In this document: one piece after another, positions 23,900-36,039 of the stretch
How the letters are laid out: every line of letters begins with the position of its first letter
Position numbering within the stretch: the stretch's first letter is position 1
DNA from: Narcine bancroftii
Lineage: Eukaryota
Direction: 5' to 3'
Assembly (NCBI RefSeq): GCF_036971445.1
Contig: NC_091472.1
Coordinates: 13,020,001 to 13,084,000, forward strand
Length of the DNA stretch: 64,000 nucleotides
The notes under the pieces: generated by a model
Seen by the model: only the letters and a program-made list of their open reading frames with translations
Databases searched by the model: none
Told to the model about the DNA's origin: nothing
Made by a program: the position numbers and the translations under genes

Positions 23900-25340
23900 G
23901 AAGGGGGGGCGTGGCAAGATGGCGTAGGGAGCGGACGTGCATTCCCGGTCTCCCCCAGGCAGTTATATAAATACCCGTTTTAAGAATATTTCTTTTCTGT
24001 TAAAAGTCTTTGTTTTGTTTATCAATTGTTTTTAGTTTAAAATGGCAACAAAGATTAAGGAAAATAGAGTTCAAATACAGAACAAAACTACACTCTCCGA
24101 CTTTGGAAGAAACTCGGCCTACTTGCCCAGACAGAACCACGGAGTCAAGGCTGGAATTTTCTTAAGAACGGAGCTCATTAATTGGACTGTCGGATAAGCT
24201 GGCCTTGGACACCCCTCTGAAAGATGGTGATGAATATTGATTTGAAATGTTTTATGAAGATAAATTGCAGTAATTGGCATTGGTTGCCCGTGAGTTTTAA
24301 AAATCCAGATAACATTAAAGTTTATTAGTGATTTTTTTTGGATGGAATATCGGAAGGATGAATTTATTATCTATAAATACAGAACAAAATTACATTCTTT
24401 GACTTTGGAAGAAATTTGACCTATTTGCCCAGAAAGATCCGGAGTTGGTGCTGGAATTTTCTCAAGAACAGAACTTATTAAAGTTGATTTCGGACTCCTT
24501 TTTGAAAGATGGCGACGAATGTTGATTTGAAATATTTGAAATATTTTCTGAAGATAAACATATATATGGAACTCCTTGACCTGCAATAAGGTTTATCAGT
24601 GATTTTTTTTTTGGATGGAATATTGGAAGAGTGAATTTATTATCTGTGAGTATGCATACATTGCAAACAGATTTTAATAGTTTTGAAAAGGTTTTTTTTA
24701 AATAGCAAGATCAGTTTAATATTGAGAAAATTGGAAAAAATGGAAACTTTATTATTAAATTTGGAAATTCAGTAGAAAGAAACTATGAACAAGATTGATG
24801 ATTTATAAAATTAAAGTCGAAGGAGCAATGTCCAAGAAGAGTTAAAAATTTTGAATAAGTTTTTCTTGAAAATAAACAATAATTTCAACTTAACATTGAG
24901 AAGATTGACAAAGTGGAAAATTTGGTATTAAATTGGGAAACACAGAAGAAAGAACTTATGAATAACATTGATGCTTTAGAAGATCAAGACCGAAGGAATT
25001 ATGTTTAAGAAAATTTTAAAAGATTTGAAAAAAACTTTTTTTGAAAGTAAGCTACAAATTCAACTTGAGACTGAGAAGAATGGAAGATTCGGTGTTGAAC
25101 TAGGATGTTCAGAGGTGTTTTAATTCAGTGGATGAAATTCAGGAAGACTTGAAAAAAAAAAAAAAAAAACTTTTATTGATTGAAAACTGTTTAACTCAGT
25201 GTTGGGAGGGTGGAAAGGGTGCAAAATTTAATATCAAGTTTGGATTTTCAAAAAAAAGAGTTTATGAATAAGATTGGTTAAATTGATGGACCGGGGTTTT
25301 ATGGATATAAGAAATGATGATTTTTCGGTTTATACGTGTA
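23900..25340 (+). mobile_element. L1-derived 5' portion / non-autonomous derivative (5'UTR plus decayed ORF1) with internal tandem duplication
   Basis: Starts ggcgtggcaagatggcgtaggga (like the 5' end of the L1 at ~50940, YY1-type motif). AT-rich ORF1-like remnants (attgatgctttagaagatcaa). Diverged ~270-300-bp direct repeat at 24073 and 24375. Confidence 0.65.
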
Positions 25341-25519
25341 TTTTGTCTGCCGGGGGGGAGGGGGTGGTACTCCTGCTGGTAGAGGTAGTGGAGAGCTTTT
25401 TTTCTGGATTGGAAGCCTGATTGGCATTTTTCAACGATTTGATGAGAATGTGGTTGACGTGATTAGTAAGTTTTCAGATGACATCAATATTTTTGATACC
25501 ACACCCATTTGGGTTTTTA

Positions 25520-26870
25520 GAATCCCTTGTCCTGCGTAAAAAAAAAAGACTAACCTTATCTATGCTCCTCAAGATTTTGAACATATTTTGGTCCCCTGCA
25601 CACCAGGAACACAGCCTAATCATTCTCTCTCACTGATGCTGTTTCCTCCAGGAGTTGTCTGTTGCCCCAGATTTCAGCATTTTCACTCCACATATCCCCA
25701 ACCTCTCCAGTTTCTCCTTGTATCTAAAACCCAGAAACATTTTCATCAATCTATTTAGCACTCTTTCCAGCTTATGAACCTCTTTCACATATAGTATGGT
25801 AACCAGAACTGGATATATTATTTCAAATGCGGTCTCACCTTAATTGATCTTTCTTTTCACTGTAATCCTATACTTTATAAATCGTGCTCTTTACATGACA
25901 TAACTTGCTAATTTGCCCGCAGAAGAGCCCTTCTCACCGTATGAGGTATAATGTGAGAAATAAACTTAACTAATGTCTTGTACAGCTGTGACTCTTGCAC
26001 TCTAGACTCTGGCCAATGAAGGCAAGTATGCTAAATGATTTCATCACCTTTCCTCCCTGTTGCTGCTACCCTCAAGGAACCATGTGTTGTACCCCGAGGT
26101 CCCTCACTTCTATCACATTCTCCAGGACCCTGCCATTCACCAGGTATCTCCTGCCTTGGATTAACATTCCAATATGCATCACTTCACATTTGTCCGAATT
26201 AAGTTCCATCTGGGCATTCTTTGTACCACTTTTCCCAGTTGATAGAGATCCTGTTATAAGCTTCAATATCTTTGTTCATTGTCCACTGTATCAAAAATAT
26301 TGATGTCATCTGAAAACTTACTAATCACGTCAACCACGTTCTCATCAAATCGTTGAAAAATGCAAATCAGGCTTCCAATCCAGAAAAAAAGCCCTCCACT
26401 ACCTCTACCAGCAAGCCAATTTTATATCCAATTGGCTCGTTTACCCCAGATCCCACATTCTCAACCAATCCGCCATTTGAGAGATCTCATCAAAGGCCTT
26501 GTCTATGCAGACGACATCAAGTACCCAATCCTCTTGGTTACTTCTGAAAAATATTCAATTAAATCCATGAGATGTGATTTTCCATGGACAAAGCCATGCT
26601 GACTATTCCTGATCAGATTCTGCCTTTCCAAATGCAGGCAGATCCTGTCTCTCAGAATCGTCTCCAGTACCTTCCCCACCACTGGGCCAGACTCTCTGAT
26701 TTGTTCCTGCAAGTCCCTCTTAAATAAAGGAACAGTATTAGCCACCATCCAATGTTCTCAACCACAGCTAACACTACAATATCTCTATCAGGAATGCAGC
26801 AATTTCTTCCCATAGTGTCCTGGGATACATTTGGCCAGGACTCAGGGATTTGCCCAAACTTGTGTGCTAG
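25520..26870 (-). mobile_element. Degraded CR1 LINE fragments
   Basis: SQHGFVHGKS and DKCEVMH motifs on the minus strand. Confidence 0.8.
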
Positions 26871-27269
26871 CAAAGTAGCAGATTTAATGGAAACAGGATG
26901 TACTAGGTATAAGTTAAGAGAGGAAGCACTGAAGTTCCAAGGGCAAGGGGACTAAAATAATTAGTTAGTCTACCAGAACCCATACCATTTATTTTCTCCT
27001 GGATTCCACCCTATAATAGACATTCCTTTTGTTCTCTCCACCTCTCCCACATCCAGCCCATTCTCTGCACCATGCAGCAATTTTGATTTCTAAATTTTCC
27101 CCATCCTGACATCATTATTCTGGTTTCCTCTCCACGGATTCTGACCGACTTGCTGAGTAGATGCAGCATTTTCCATTTTTACTTCAGATTTCTAATATCT
27201 ACAAGTTATTGCTTCAGATAAACATGCTCAGCTGATGGGCAAAAAGTTAGCTGGCAGATCTAATGGGTA

Positions 27270-27870
27270 GTTAAGACAGCCTGTGCAGGTTGGCCTTTAT
27301 CGTGGAGGATCTGGAGTTTAGGAATACGGAAGTTTTGTTGCAGTTGTGCAGGGGGTTGGTCCGGCCATACCTGCGATACTGTGCAGTTTTTGTCCCCTTA
27401 GCGGGAAAAAAAATGGAAATAAAGGCAGTGGAAAGAAGTTTCATCAGGTTCATTCCTGGAATGACTTATTGAGAGAGGTCAACAGTTTGGGTCCATATTC
27501 CATGGAGTTTAGAAGAATGAAGGATAACTGTATTCAAACATACAAGCTCCTAAAGGTGGCTTGACACATTAGATATTGAGATGTTTTCACTAGTTGGAGA
27601 AGACACAAATAAGGGAAAATAGTTACAAAACAAGGGGCTGGTCATTGAAAACAGAGGTGCGTAGAAATTTATTTTCTCATTGAGTGGTGAATCTCTGGAA
27701 TTCTCTGCCACCGAGGGTGAAGGCTGCATCATTGGATATACATAGAGTTGAGGGTGATGGGGAACTGGTGCAGAAGAACTGAGGCTCATATAGATCAGCC
27801 ACAATCATTTTGAATGATAGTACATGGCTGAGGGGCTGAGTGGTCTCTACTTCCATTTTCTTCTGCTATT
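27270..27870 (+). mobile_element. CR1 LINE 3' fragment
   Basis: LVRPYLRYCAVF; CR1 tail. Confidence 0.75.
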
Positions 27871-27953
27871 ATGTGGCCTGTTTCTGTGCTGCACGTTGCA
27901 TACAACTCTGTGGCGCGCAAGGAGCTAAACCATACAGTCTTTAACAACATTAC

Positions 27954-28049
27954 CAATGTTTGCTCTTCTCTTTATCTCCTTCCTCCGATTGGCAAACCAG
28001 TTGTAAACTTTCAGAGCAGTCACGCGCTCAGAATCGGTGAGCTTCCTGC
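27954..28049 (-). CDS. HMBOX1: HMBOX1 coding exon (96 nt), homeodomain helix 3
   Basis: (G)RKLTDSERVTALKVYNWFANRRKEIKRRANI; tgttgttgcag| and G|gtaatg. Confidence 0.96.
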
Positions 28050-28487
28050 CTGCAACAACAGGAAATTCCATTATATGCAAGTCTCCACAAAATAGGAGAC
28101 CACTTTCTCACAGGGGGACAATGCTGGGGACATGATGAGGACCAGAATGGAACTGCAGAGATTAACAGTATGACAGCATAACTTACATTGATAAAATTAT
28201 AAGATATAGGAGCAGAAACAGGCTATACAGGGCATTGAGTCTGCCCCACCATTTAATAATGAGCTGATCCATTGTTCCATTGCCTGGCCTCCACCCCATA
28301 ACCTTTGATGCCCTGGTTCAATTCATTTCAATTTAGTACAACCAGACTTCAGAACAGAGTTCAAAGCTCTTGCAAATTTGATTAAATGAAACCAAAACTA
28401 TGAACCTGATTTAAAAATATACTGGGAAAAAGGCAGTGAAAGGTTGTGCAATTTATAACCAATGGCAACACTGTTATCAATAGTAGG

Positions 28488-28698
28488 GTAAAGGTTCCAT
28501 TATTGTCACATAATACAACAGTTAGAATGTAAAATACATGAAATTCTTTAACTTTTGTTTACTGTAAGGCAGAGAGTCCCCACAGAAACCTACAGCACCG
28601 GTGTTCCTAGGCGTTCTCCCCTCCAAGTACTGACCAGTCCTGTGCCTGCTTCCCTTCTGAGATCAGGCAATCCCAAGCATATTCAGGTTATTAGGTGC
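28488..28698 (-). mobile_element. 5S rRNA-derived SINE (SINE3-like) / 5S pseudogene with non-5S tail
   Basis: Minus 28698-28586 reads ...cctgatctcagaagggaagcaggcacaggactggtcagtacttggaggggagaacgcctaggaacaccggtgctgtaggttt, clearly homologous to 5S rRNA. Followed by a ~100-nt tail ending gtgacaataatggaaccttta. Confidence 0.8.
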
Positions 28699-29384
28699 AT
28701 GCTGGCATATAGGGAAATCCAAAACTTAAAAATGTCACCTCAAAATCAAGGCCGTCTTGTATGTCAGGTCTAAAACTGAAACCTTGACAGTGAAGTCTCA
28801 ACATCACAGCTATCTTCCCGACGGTTCTGACGCAATCTTGAGTGTGTCCTGTTAGTTATGAATGAAGTCTCAGCACTCCCCCACAGGGTCCATCCACCCA
28901 GTCTGACTGCCGTCGGCTCTGAATAGACTTTAAACGGCCTGTTACAGGAGCTGATAATGGTTTATTTTGAAAAGTAGTAAAAAATTAAAACCTTGACAGG
29001 GCAATATGGTATTAAAATAGTCATTTGCTTTTAACAACATCCATTGGTCATTGCCAACTGCCAGAATTTTTTTTTGGAGGGGGGGGGGTTGTCTTATACA
29101 AAGGGTGTCACTCTAAACTAACATTTTAGGTGGAAATTCCGGAGTTGTCTTAAACAGAATCATCCATTTACAGGAATGTCCATTGTTTACTAGTTACGTT
29201 GAATATTATTGCAATATTGAATCACTTGTAAGTTCAAATAATATGGATGATTAACTGGCCTCCCTGGTCACCTGAGTAAGTTTCCTGGTGAAATGTTTCT
29301 CAGAAATAGGTAATTCAATCTTTAGTATCAACCAACAAGTCGTAACAGAGTACAGTCAGACTTCAGTGTGAATATGAATAGTCC

Positions 29385-30410
29385 GCACCGATCTACGTGA
29401 AACTCCACTAGTTCTACCTACCCATTCCCTTGCCCATAACCCTCCAACCCCCTCACATCCGTGTACTCATCTAACCTCCTCTTAAATGACAGAATTGACC
29501 CTGCCGCAACCACCTCTTCTGGAAGATCAGTCCGCTCAGCCACCACTCTCTGAGAGAAGAAGCTTCCTCTTATATTATTCCTAAAGTTTTGCCCCCTAAC
29601 CCTTAACTTATGACCCCTTGTTCCAATCTCCCCTACCCTCAGGGTAAAGAGCCTATTCACATCTACTCTATCTATTCCTTTCATAATTTTAAATACCTTC
29701 ATCAAATCCCCTCTCAACCTTCTATGCACCAATGAATAAAGTCCCAGTCTACTTATTCTTTCTCCATATTCAAGATACTGCAATCCAGGCAACATTTTTG
29801 TAAACCTTCTTTGCTCCCTCTCTACCTTATTCAACTCCTTCCTATAATTTGGAGACCAGAACTGCACACAATACTCCAAATTTGGCCTCACCAATGTCTT
29901 AAACAGTCTCATCGTCACCTCCCAGCTCCTATATTCTATGCTATGATTTATAAAGGCCAGCAGAGCAAAAGCCTTCTTCATCATCCTATCAACATGGGAA
30001 TCCACCTTCAAGGAACGCTGAACTGTTATTCCAAGATCCCTCTGTTCCTCTGCATTCCTCAATGCCCTCCCCTTTACTCCATACTTTTGGTTATTCCTCC
30101 CAAAATGAAGCACCTCACATTTATCTACATTAAACTCCATCTGCCACCTTTCAGCCCACCTTTCCAAACAGTCCAAAAGCTTCTGTCATCCATGAAACCC
30201 TCCTCACTATCCACAACTCCCCCTATTTTGGTATTGTCCGCATATTTACTCACCCAATTTACCACCCTGTCATCCAAATCATTAATGTAAATGACAAACA
30301 ACAAAGAAAGGACCCAACACCAATCCACGAGGCACACCGCTCATCACCGGCCTCCACCCTGAGAGTTTTCCACCATGACTCTCTGGTGCCTATCTTCCAG
30401 CCACCGCTGA
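29385..30410 (-). mobile_element. CR1 LINE 3' part (relatively young)
   Basis: 252-aa ORF with CR1 ORF2 C-terminus (LVRPNLEYCVQFWSP); YADNTK RT motif upstream. Confidence 0.92.
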
Positions 30411-30484
30411 CCCTGACCTGTTCTTAAAATCAATCAAGATCTCATTGCTTTTTATAGATTAAAGACAAGTTTACATTTCAATAG

Positions 30485-30790
30485 AGGAAAATCATACTGC
30501 TGGAGGAACTCAGCAGGTCAGGCAGCATTTGTGGAAGGAAATAGAAAGTTGACATTTTGTGTGGTGACTTCTACATCTGGGCTAATAGGGAGACGGCCAG
30601 TGAGACTGGATAACCACATTGGCCATCTTTCCTGCACTGGTTTCAGTCCAGATGAAGGGCCTCAAACAGAAACGCTGCCTGTCCACTCCCTTGATTTGAC
30701 TCGCCATATCCAGATCCGACATGATTTGCTGAGTTCCTCCAGCCTTTTGCTTTTCACTCCAGATTCTACAATCTGCAGTCTCTTTCATTT
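30485..30790. mobile_element. Penelope-like element ends in inverted arrangement
   Basis: gctggaggaactcagcagg ... cagtccagatgaagggcctcaaacagaaacg ... gctgagttcctccagc. Confidence 0.65.
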
Positions 30791-31072
30791 CTGTAGTAAC
30801 TTCCATGACATTAGGATGTCTCAAAATGCTTCATAGCTACTGAGGTACAGCCACAGTTTAATGGACGTGCAGCAGGCAATTTACACACAGTGAGATCCTG
30901 AAACTGTGTGAACTTGAGCAACAATCCTACTTACCTTTGCAGTAGTGACTCAAAATTCTAAAAGGCAGATAGGACTTCTATTCAACATCTTATCAGAAAG
31001 AGTACACTGCACTGGTACAGTACTTAGAGCCATGCACCCATAAACCAGCAAACTTCTGAGACAGGAGAGAGA

Positions 31073-31302
31073 CCCGAAAGTCTGAAGACACTGTGATTGT
31101 AGTAAAAACACAGAGATGCTGGAGGAGCTCCGTAGTTCTCGCGGCGTCCATAGGAGGCAAAGATGATATAACTGATGTTTCGAGCCTGAGCCCTTCTTCA
31201 ACGGAAGAGCTTGAAGAAGGCTCAGGCCTGAAACGTCAGTTATGCCTACCTACCTACGCTGCGAGACCTGCTGAGTTCCTCCAGCATTTGTGTTTTTACT
31301 TC
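31073..31302. mobile_element. Penelope-like inverted (fold-back) terminal-repeat pair with hammerhead-like cores
   Basis: Arms 31101-31201 and 31211-31300 are reverse complements; each carries ttgaaga-agg(g)ctcagg-cc/ct-gaaac-(g/a)tc. Confidence 0.7.
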
Positions 31303-31393
31303 TGACAGACAGGCAAGAGTCTGACTCACTGAGCCATGCCCGTGTCTACTTCCAAGATTAAAAAAAACTGTTTCATCTTTTGAATGCACACAC

Positions 31394-31476
31394 CTGGCTT
31401 CTGGATGACTGCATTGCAAGCATTTGAAATCTCCTCCCTCTTGGCCTCATCTGGGTATTGGTTTTCATTAAAGTAG
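31394..31476 (-). CDS. HMBOX1: HMBOX1 coding exon (83 nt), homeodomain
   Basis: (S)YFNENQYPDEAKREEISNACNAVIQKP(G); taattacag| and G|gtgtgt. Confidence 0.96.
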
Positions 31477-32007
31477 CTGTAATTAAGAAACAGTTTACAA
31501 ATTTAGTAACATCCAACAGGTGGCTCTGAAAATAAAACCAGTTATTGATCCCACTATTGTGGTTAAGAATGCGGAGATTAGACATAGTTTGGAAGAGTGG
31601 GCAAAGTAAGCAACATTTTGAACTTTCTGAAACACTGCAAGGCACTGATCCATTCACTGGAAGCCATCTTGTTTTTCATCTGTGGAGCTGCAGCTCTCAA
31701 TGTTCTGATACAAAATGTGGAACAATGAAGTTGTTGCAAAGATTTAATTATTTTTAATGATACAGCATGGTCAAAGGCCTGAGGCGCATGCTAAAGAGCT
31801 ACAAGGTCATTTCCAGATAACCCACTACCTGCTGTATAGCTCACCGCAGAAGCACTGGGAGTCTTTTTTAAATAAAAAAGAAACACTGTTTAATTTGATA
31901 TTCTGGAAGAAGGGTTAGGGAGAAAGAAGTCCTCAGTTCAATACTGAATCTAGATGTGGGCACAAGTCTATAACCTGATCCAATGGGGAATATGATCAGC
32001 TATTAGT

Positions 32008-32580
32008 CAGAATCGGAATTTATTATCATGGACATGTCATGAAATCTGTTGTTTTGCAGCACCATCACAGAGCAAACGTTGTAATCAACAAGTTTTTAAA
32101 TAAATAAATGAATGCAAAAGAAGAGGCATCTGATGGCAGTGTGAAAAAAATCTGCTTTTGTACTACTGACCATTCTTCTTCAAGCCTCTGTACCTCCTTC
32201 CCGAGGGTAGCAGTGAGAAGAGGACATGGCCTGGGTGGTGGAGGTGCTTTCTTGAAACATCGGCCTCTGCAGATGTCCTTCAGGGAGTGAAGACTGATGT
32301 CCGTGAAGGCAATGACCGAGTTCACAACGCTCTATAGTTTTTTCCTGTTCTGTGCATTACCACCTCCATACCAGACAGTGATGCAACCAGTCAGAATGCT
32401 GACCACGGTACACCTGTGGAAATTTGCAAGGGTCCTTTGGTGACATATCAAATATCAAACTGCTCAAGAAATATAACTGCTGGCGAGCCTTCTTCATGAT
32501 TGCATTGACATGGAGGCCCCAGGACAGATCTTCGGTGATATCATCAACATGGAAGCCCCAGGACAGATCTTCAGTGATGT
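32008..32580 (-). mobile_element. Rex1/Babar-type LINE 3' fragment
   Basis: Reverse encodes remnants like ESILTGCITVWYG and HP.H..F.LLP.G; tail catgataataaattccgattctga. Confidence 0.7.
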
Positions 32581-33357
32581 CTTTAGGAAGGTGTCTTAAA
32601 GTTTATGGGTTACATCATAGCAAAAATAAGAAAAAAAAAGAGGTCCCTCAACTCCACCTTGCCATTTTAGACCAAGGCTGAACCTCAAGTCCACTTTCTT
32701 TCCCATACGCCTCAATTCCCATAATGCCCAGATCTTAGCCTCGACTTTATTGGGTATTGAACATCAACCAATCTAAGTCACTAATGTCTCATCCTGGGAT
32801 CATACCCCACAGTTTTGACACTCTTTATTCAAGGATAACATCTGTATCACCCCTGACAGCCTTTGCACGTCTTATACATTTTAAGGGTGGAGTTTCTGCA
32901 CTTTTATTGATAAGATCCTGGGCTTGCACAACCCACAGAAACAACTTTCAAGCTGTTGTCAGAATTGGGGATGATTCTGTGGAGCTGCTACCGTAAATGT
33001 TCTGATAAGTGATAGCAGTGTGAAGAAGGTATGGCCTGGGTGTGAGGATCCTTGAGGATAGAGGGTGCAGTCATTTTTATTTTCCTAACCAGCACATCTT
33101 GACAACCCAACCCCTGCCTTACCTCAAAGAAAACAACGATGGCTGTACATTATTGTAACATCTGCACAAAACAAAGAACCACAAAAGATTCTTGCAAATT
33201 TCCACAGGCATACTGTGGACAGCATTCTGACTGACTGCATCACTGTCTGGTATGGAGGTGCCAGTGCACAGGACAGGGAAAAGGCTACAGAGAGCCATGA
33301 ACTCGGCCTGCGACATCATGGGCATCAGTCTCCACGACATTTACATTTCACAAACTA

Positions 33358-35302
33358 ACCACTCTCTGTGTGGAAAAATGTACACCATTATATCTATTTT
33401 AAATTCTACCATCCTCCCTTCTCTCAAACACCCTGGGAGAAAGGTCTGATTGTCTACTTTATGCCTCTCATATTTTTTGCAGGAAGCCTACTACAAGGGA
33501 CCCTGTCAAATGCATTACTTGTCCATGAATGCCACATCTGCTGCCCGACCACAATGAACCACTATTATCACTTCCTCAAAAATTTTTTAAGACGAAACCT
33601 GCCCCTCACAAGTTGACAGTCCTTAATTTAACCAGACCTTTCCAAATGTATGTAAATCTTTTCCCCAAGTAACCTCTCCATAAGCTTACCTACAATTAAC
33701 ATGAGGCTCACCAGACTATAATTTTTTTGATTATTCCCATTTCCCTTCTTAAACAAAGGTACAACAATCGGCTACACTACAGCCATCCAGAACCTTGCCT
33801 GTTGCTAGTGAGAATACAAGGCCCCTGTAACTTGCTGACTTGCCTTTCTTAATAACATGGAATATATTCCGTCAGGCCCTGGGAACATCAAAAGACACAG
33901 CATCACTTCTTTCTTCAACTCAAAATGCCCCAACATGTGTTATCCATAACCATATAACAATTACAGTACGGAAACAGGCCCCTCTAGTCCGCATTGATTT
34001 AAGTGATCTCCTCTAGTCCCACTTACCTGCACTCTGCCTATAACCCTCCAATCCCCTCACATCCATGCATCTATCCAACCTTATCTTAAATGACAAAATT
34101 GACGTTGCTGTAACCACCTCTTCCGGAAGGTCACCCCAGTCAGCCGCCACACTTTGAGTGAAGAAGCTCTCTCTCATTTTACTTTTCCCCCTAACCCTCA
34201 ACTCATGACCCCTCGTTCCAATCTCACCTGCCCTCAAGGGGAAGAGCCTATTCACACCTACTCCATCTATCCCCCTCATAATTTTAAATACTTTTATCAA
34301 ATGCCCCCTCAACCTTCTACGCTCCAATGAATAAACACGCAGTCTAATCAACCTCTCTTTGTATTCTAGATACTGCAATCCAGACAACATTTTCTCTGCA
34401 CCCACTCTACCTTATTGATATCTTTCCTATAATTTGGAGACCAGTACTGCACACAGAATTCCAAATTTGGCCTCACCAATGCCTTGAATAGTCTAAACAT
34501 CACTTCTAAACTCCTATATTCTATGCTTTTGATTTATAAAGGCCAGCACACCAAAAACCTTCTTTACCACTCTATCCATGAAATTCCACTTTCAAAGAGC
34601 GATGAACCGTTATTCCAAGATCTCTCTGTCCCTCTGCATTCCTCAATGCCCTCCACATTACTCTCACTTTCCTCCTTGTGCTTCTCCTTGGTGAATACCG
34701 ATACAAAGTACTTGCTTAATACCTCCCCCACTTCCTCGGACTCCAAGAATAAATTCCCTCCTTTGTCCTTGAGAACCTTACCCTAGTTCTTCTCTAGATA
34801 AAGGATACCAACCTGAAACTTTGACAGACTATTTCACTCCAGGAATGCTGGGTCCCTCCAAATTTTCTGTTCATTCAACTTTATACCCTCAATCATATCC
34901 AGTCCCTACTCACTCATTCCCAAGCACTACAACTGAACCATTCTACTTCCCTCAAACTCTTTCTTGCAATACCTACATAGTCCTTGAATGCAAGCTTCCT
35001 GTTGCAAATTCTTGGTTTATATGGCCTTTTTATCCCTGCCCCAATCTCTTTCCAATCTATCAATGGTGTTCTGTACAGCCAATATTGGTGATTCAGCTCA
35101 GTGCCTCTGTAATGAGCCATGGGTACGAAATACAAACAGCCAAACCTGCTTTGTATCTACAGCTGCATTCCCATCCCGACTTGTGGTTATGTACTCATGG
35201 AGAAGGGTGTAACTGAAATCTTGTACCCTAATACTGGTACTGTCAATAGTCCATTCATTCTGCATTCAAATAACTACTATAACTGAATCTCACCTCAACT
35301 CT
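33358..35302. repeat. Local direct duplication, copy A (with later CR1 insertion 33945-34655)
   Basis: Colinear with 37117-38333, including shared deletion junctions and ~390 bp of non-CR1 sequence. Confidence 0.85.
33945..34655 (-). mobile_element. Young CR1 3' fragment inserted in duplication copy A
   Basis: (ataacc)n tail plus ORF2 C-terminus; absent at the equivalent site (37680) of copy B. Confidence 0.85.
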
Positions 35303-35638
35303 TAAAGCACATGCACAGGACACGAAAAGACTACAGAGTTGTGAACTCGGCCTGCTACATCATGGGCATCAGTCTCCACTCCATTAGGAACTACCATCAG
35401 AAAGGAGGTACAGGAGCCTGAAAAACACCCAGTCGTACAAAAACAGATTCTTCCCCTCCGCCATCAGAGTTTTGAATGGATGATGAGCTATTGGCACGAC
35501 CTCACTTTCTCTGCTTTTGCACTAATTTATTTATTTTATAGCGATCATTGCGCCTGTGCTTCTGCAGAACAACAAATTTTGCGACACCTCATGACAATAA
35601 ATTCTGATTCTCCTTCTAACGAGGAAGGGGGGAGGTAC

Positions 35639-35792
35639 CTTTCCATCACTGTGAGACACTCCTTTCGCCAGGTGAAGCGACTGCCTCTGCGGAGCCGGAA
35701 GTTGCCTGGTGTGGCAACGTTCGGTGGGGTCGACTGTTTCCACTCTGGGTCTTCTGTGGTGGAGGAGGCAGGCCTCATGTTTAAGGTGGCTC
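35639..35792 (-). CDS. HMBOX1: HMBOX1 coding exon (154 nt), linker and homeodomain start
   Basis: (G)ATLNMRPASSTTEDPEWKQSTPPNVATPGNFRLRRGSRFTWRKECLTVME(S); acceptor tttttttttgtggag|, donor AG|gtacct. Confidence 0.95.
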
Positions 35793-36039
35793 CTCCACAA
35801 AAAAAAAGTACAAGACAGTCACTTAAAAATCATAATACATGATCCAGGGAAGATAAAAGACACTGTAGATGCTGGAATCGAGAATGAAAACTGTACGCTG
35901 AGAGAACTCAGCAGGTCAAGTAGGGACTTGAGGGAAAATGTGCATGTCTCTATTTTGTGCCGAGTGTGCATTGTGGGGTTGTAGGAGCAACGGGGCTGTG
36001 GGACCTCCTCCCACACACACATCCCGTTTCCTTCACCAT

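Noticed and set aside
28586-28698. Functional 5S rRNA gene
   Set aside because: Single diverged copy with an altered 5' end and A-box, no array or spacer context; treated as a SINE/pseudogene
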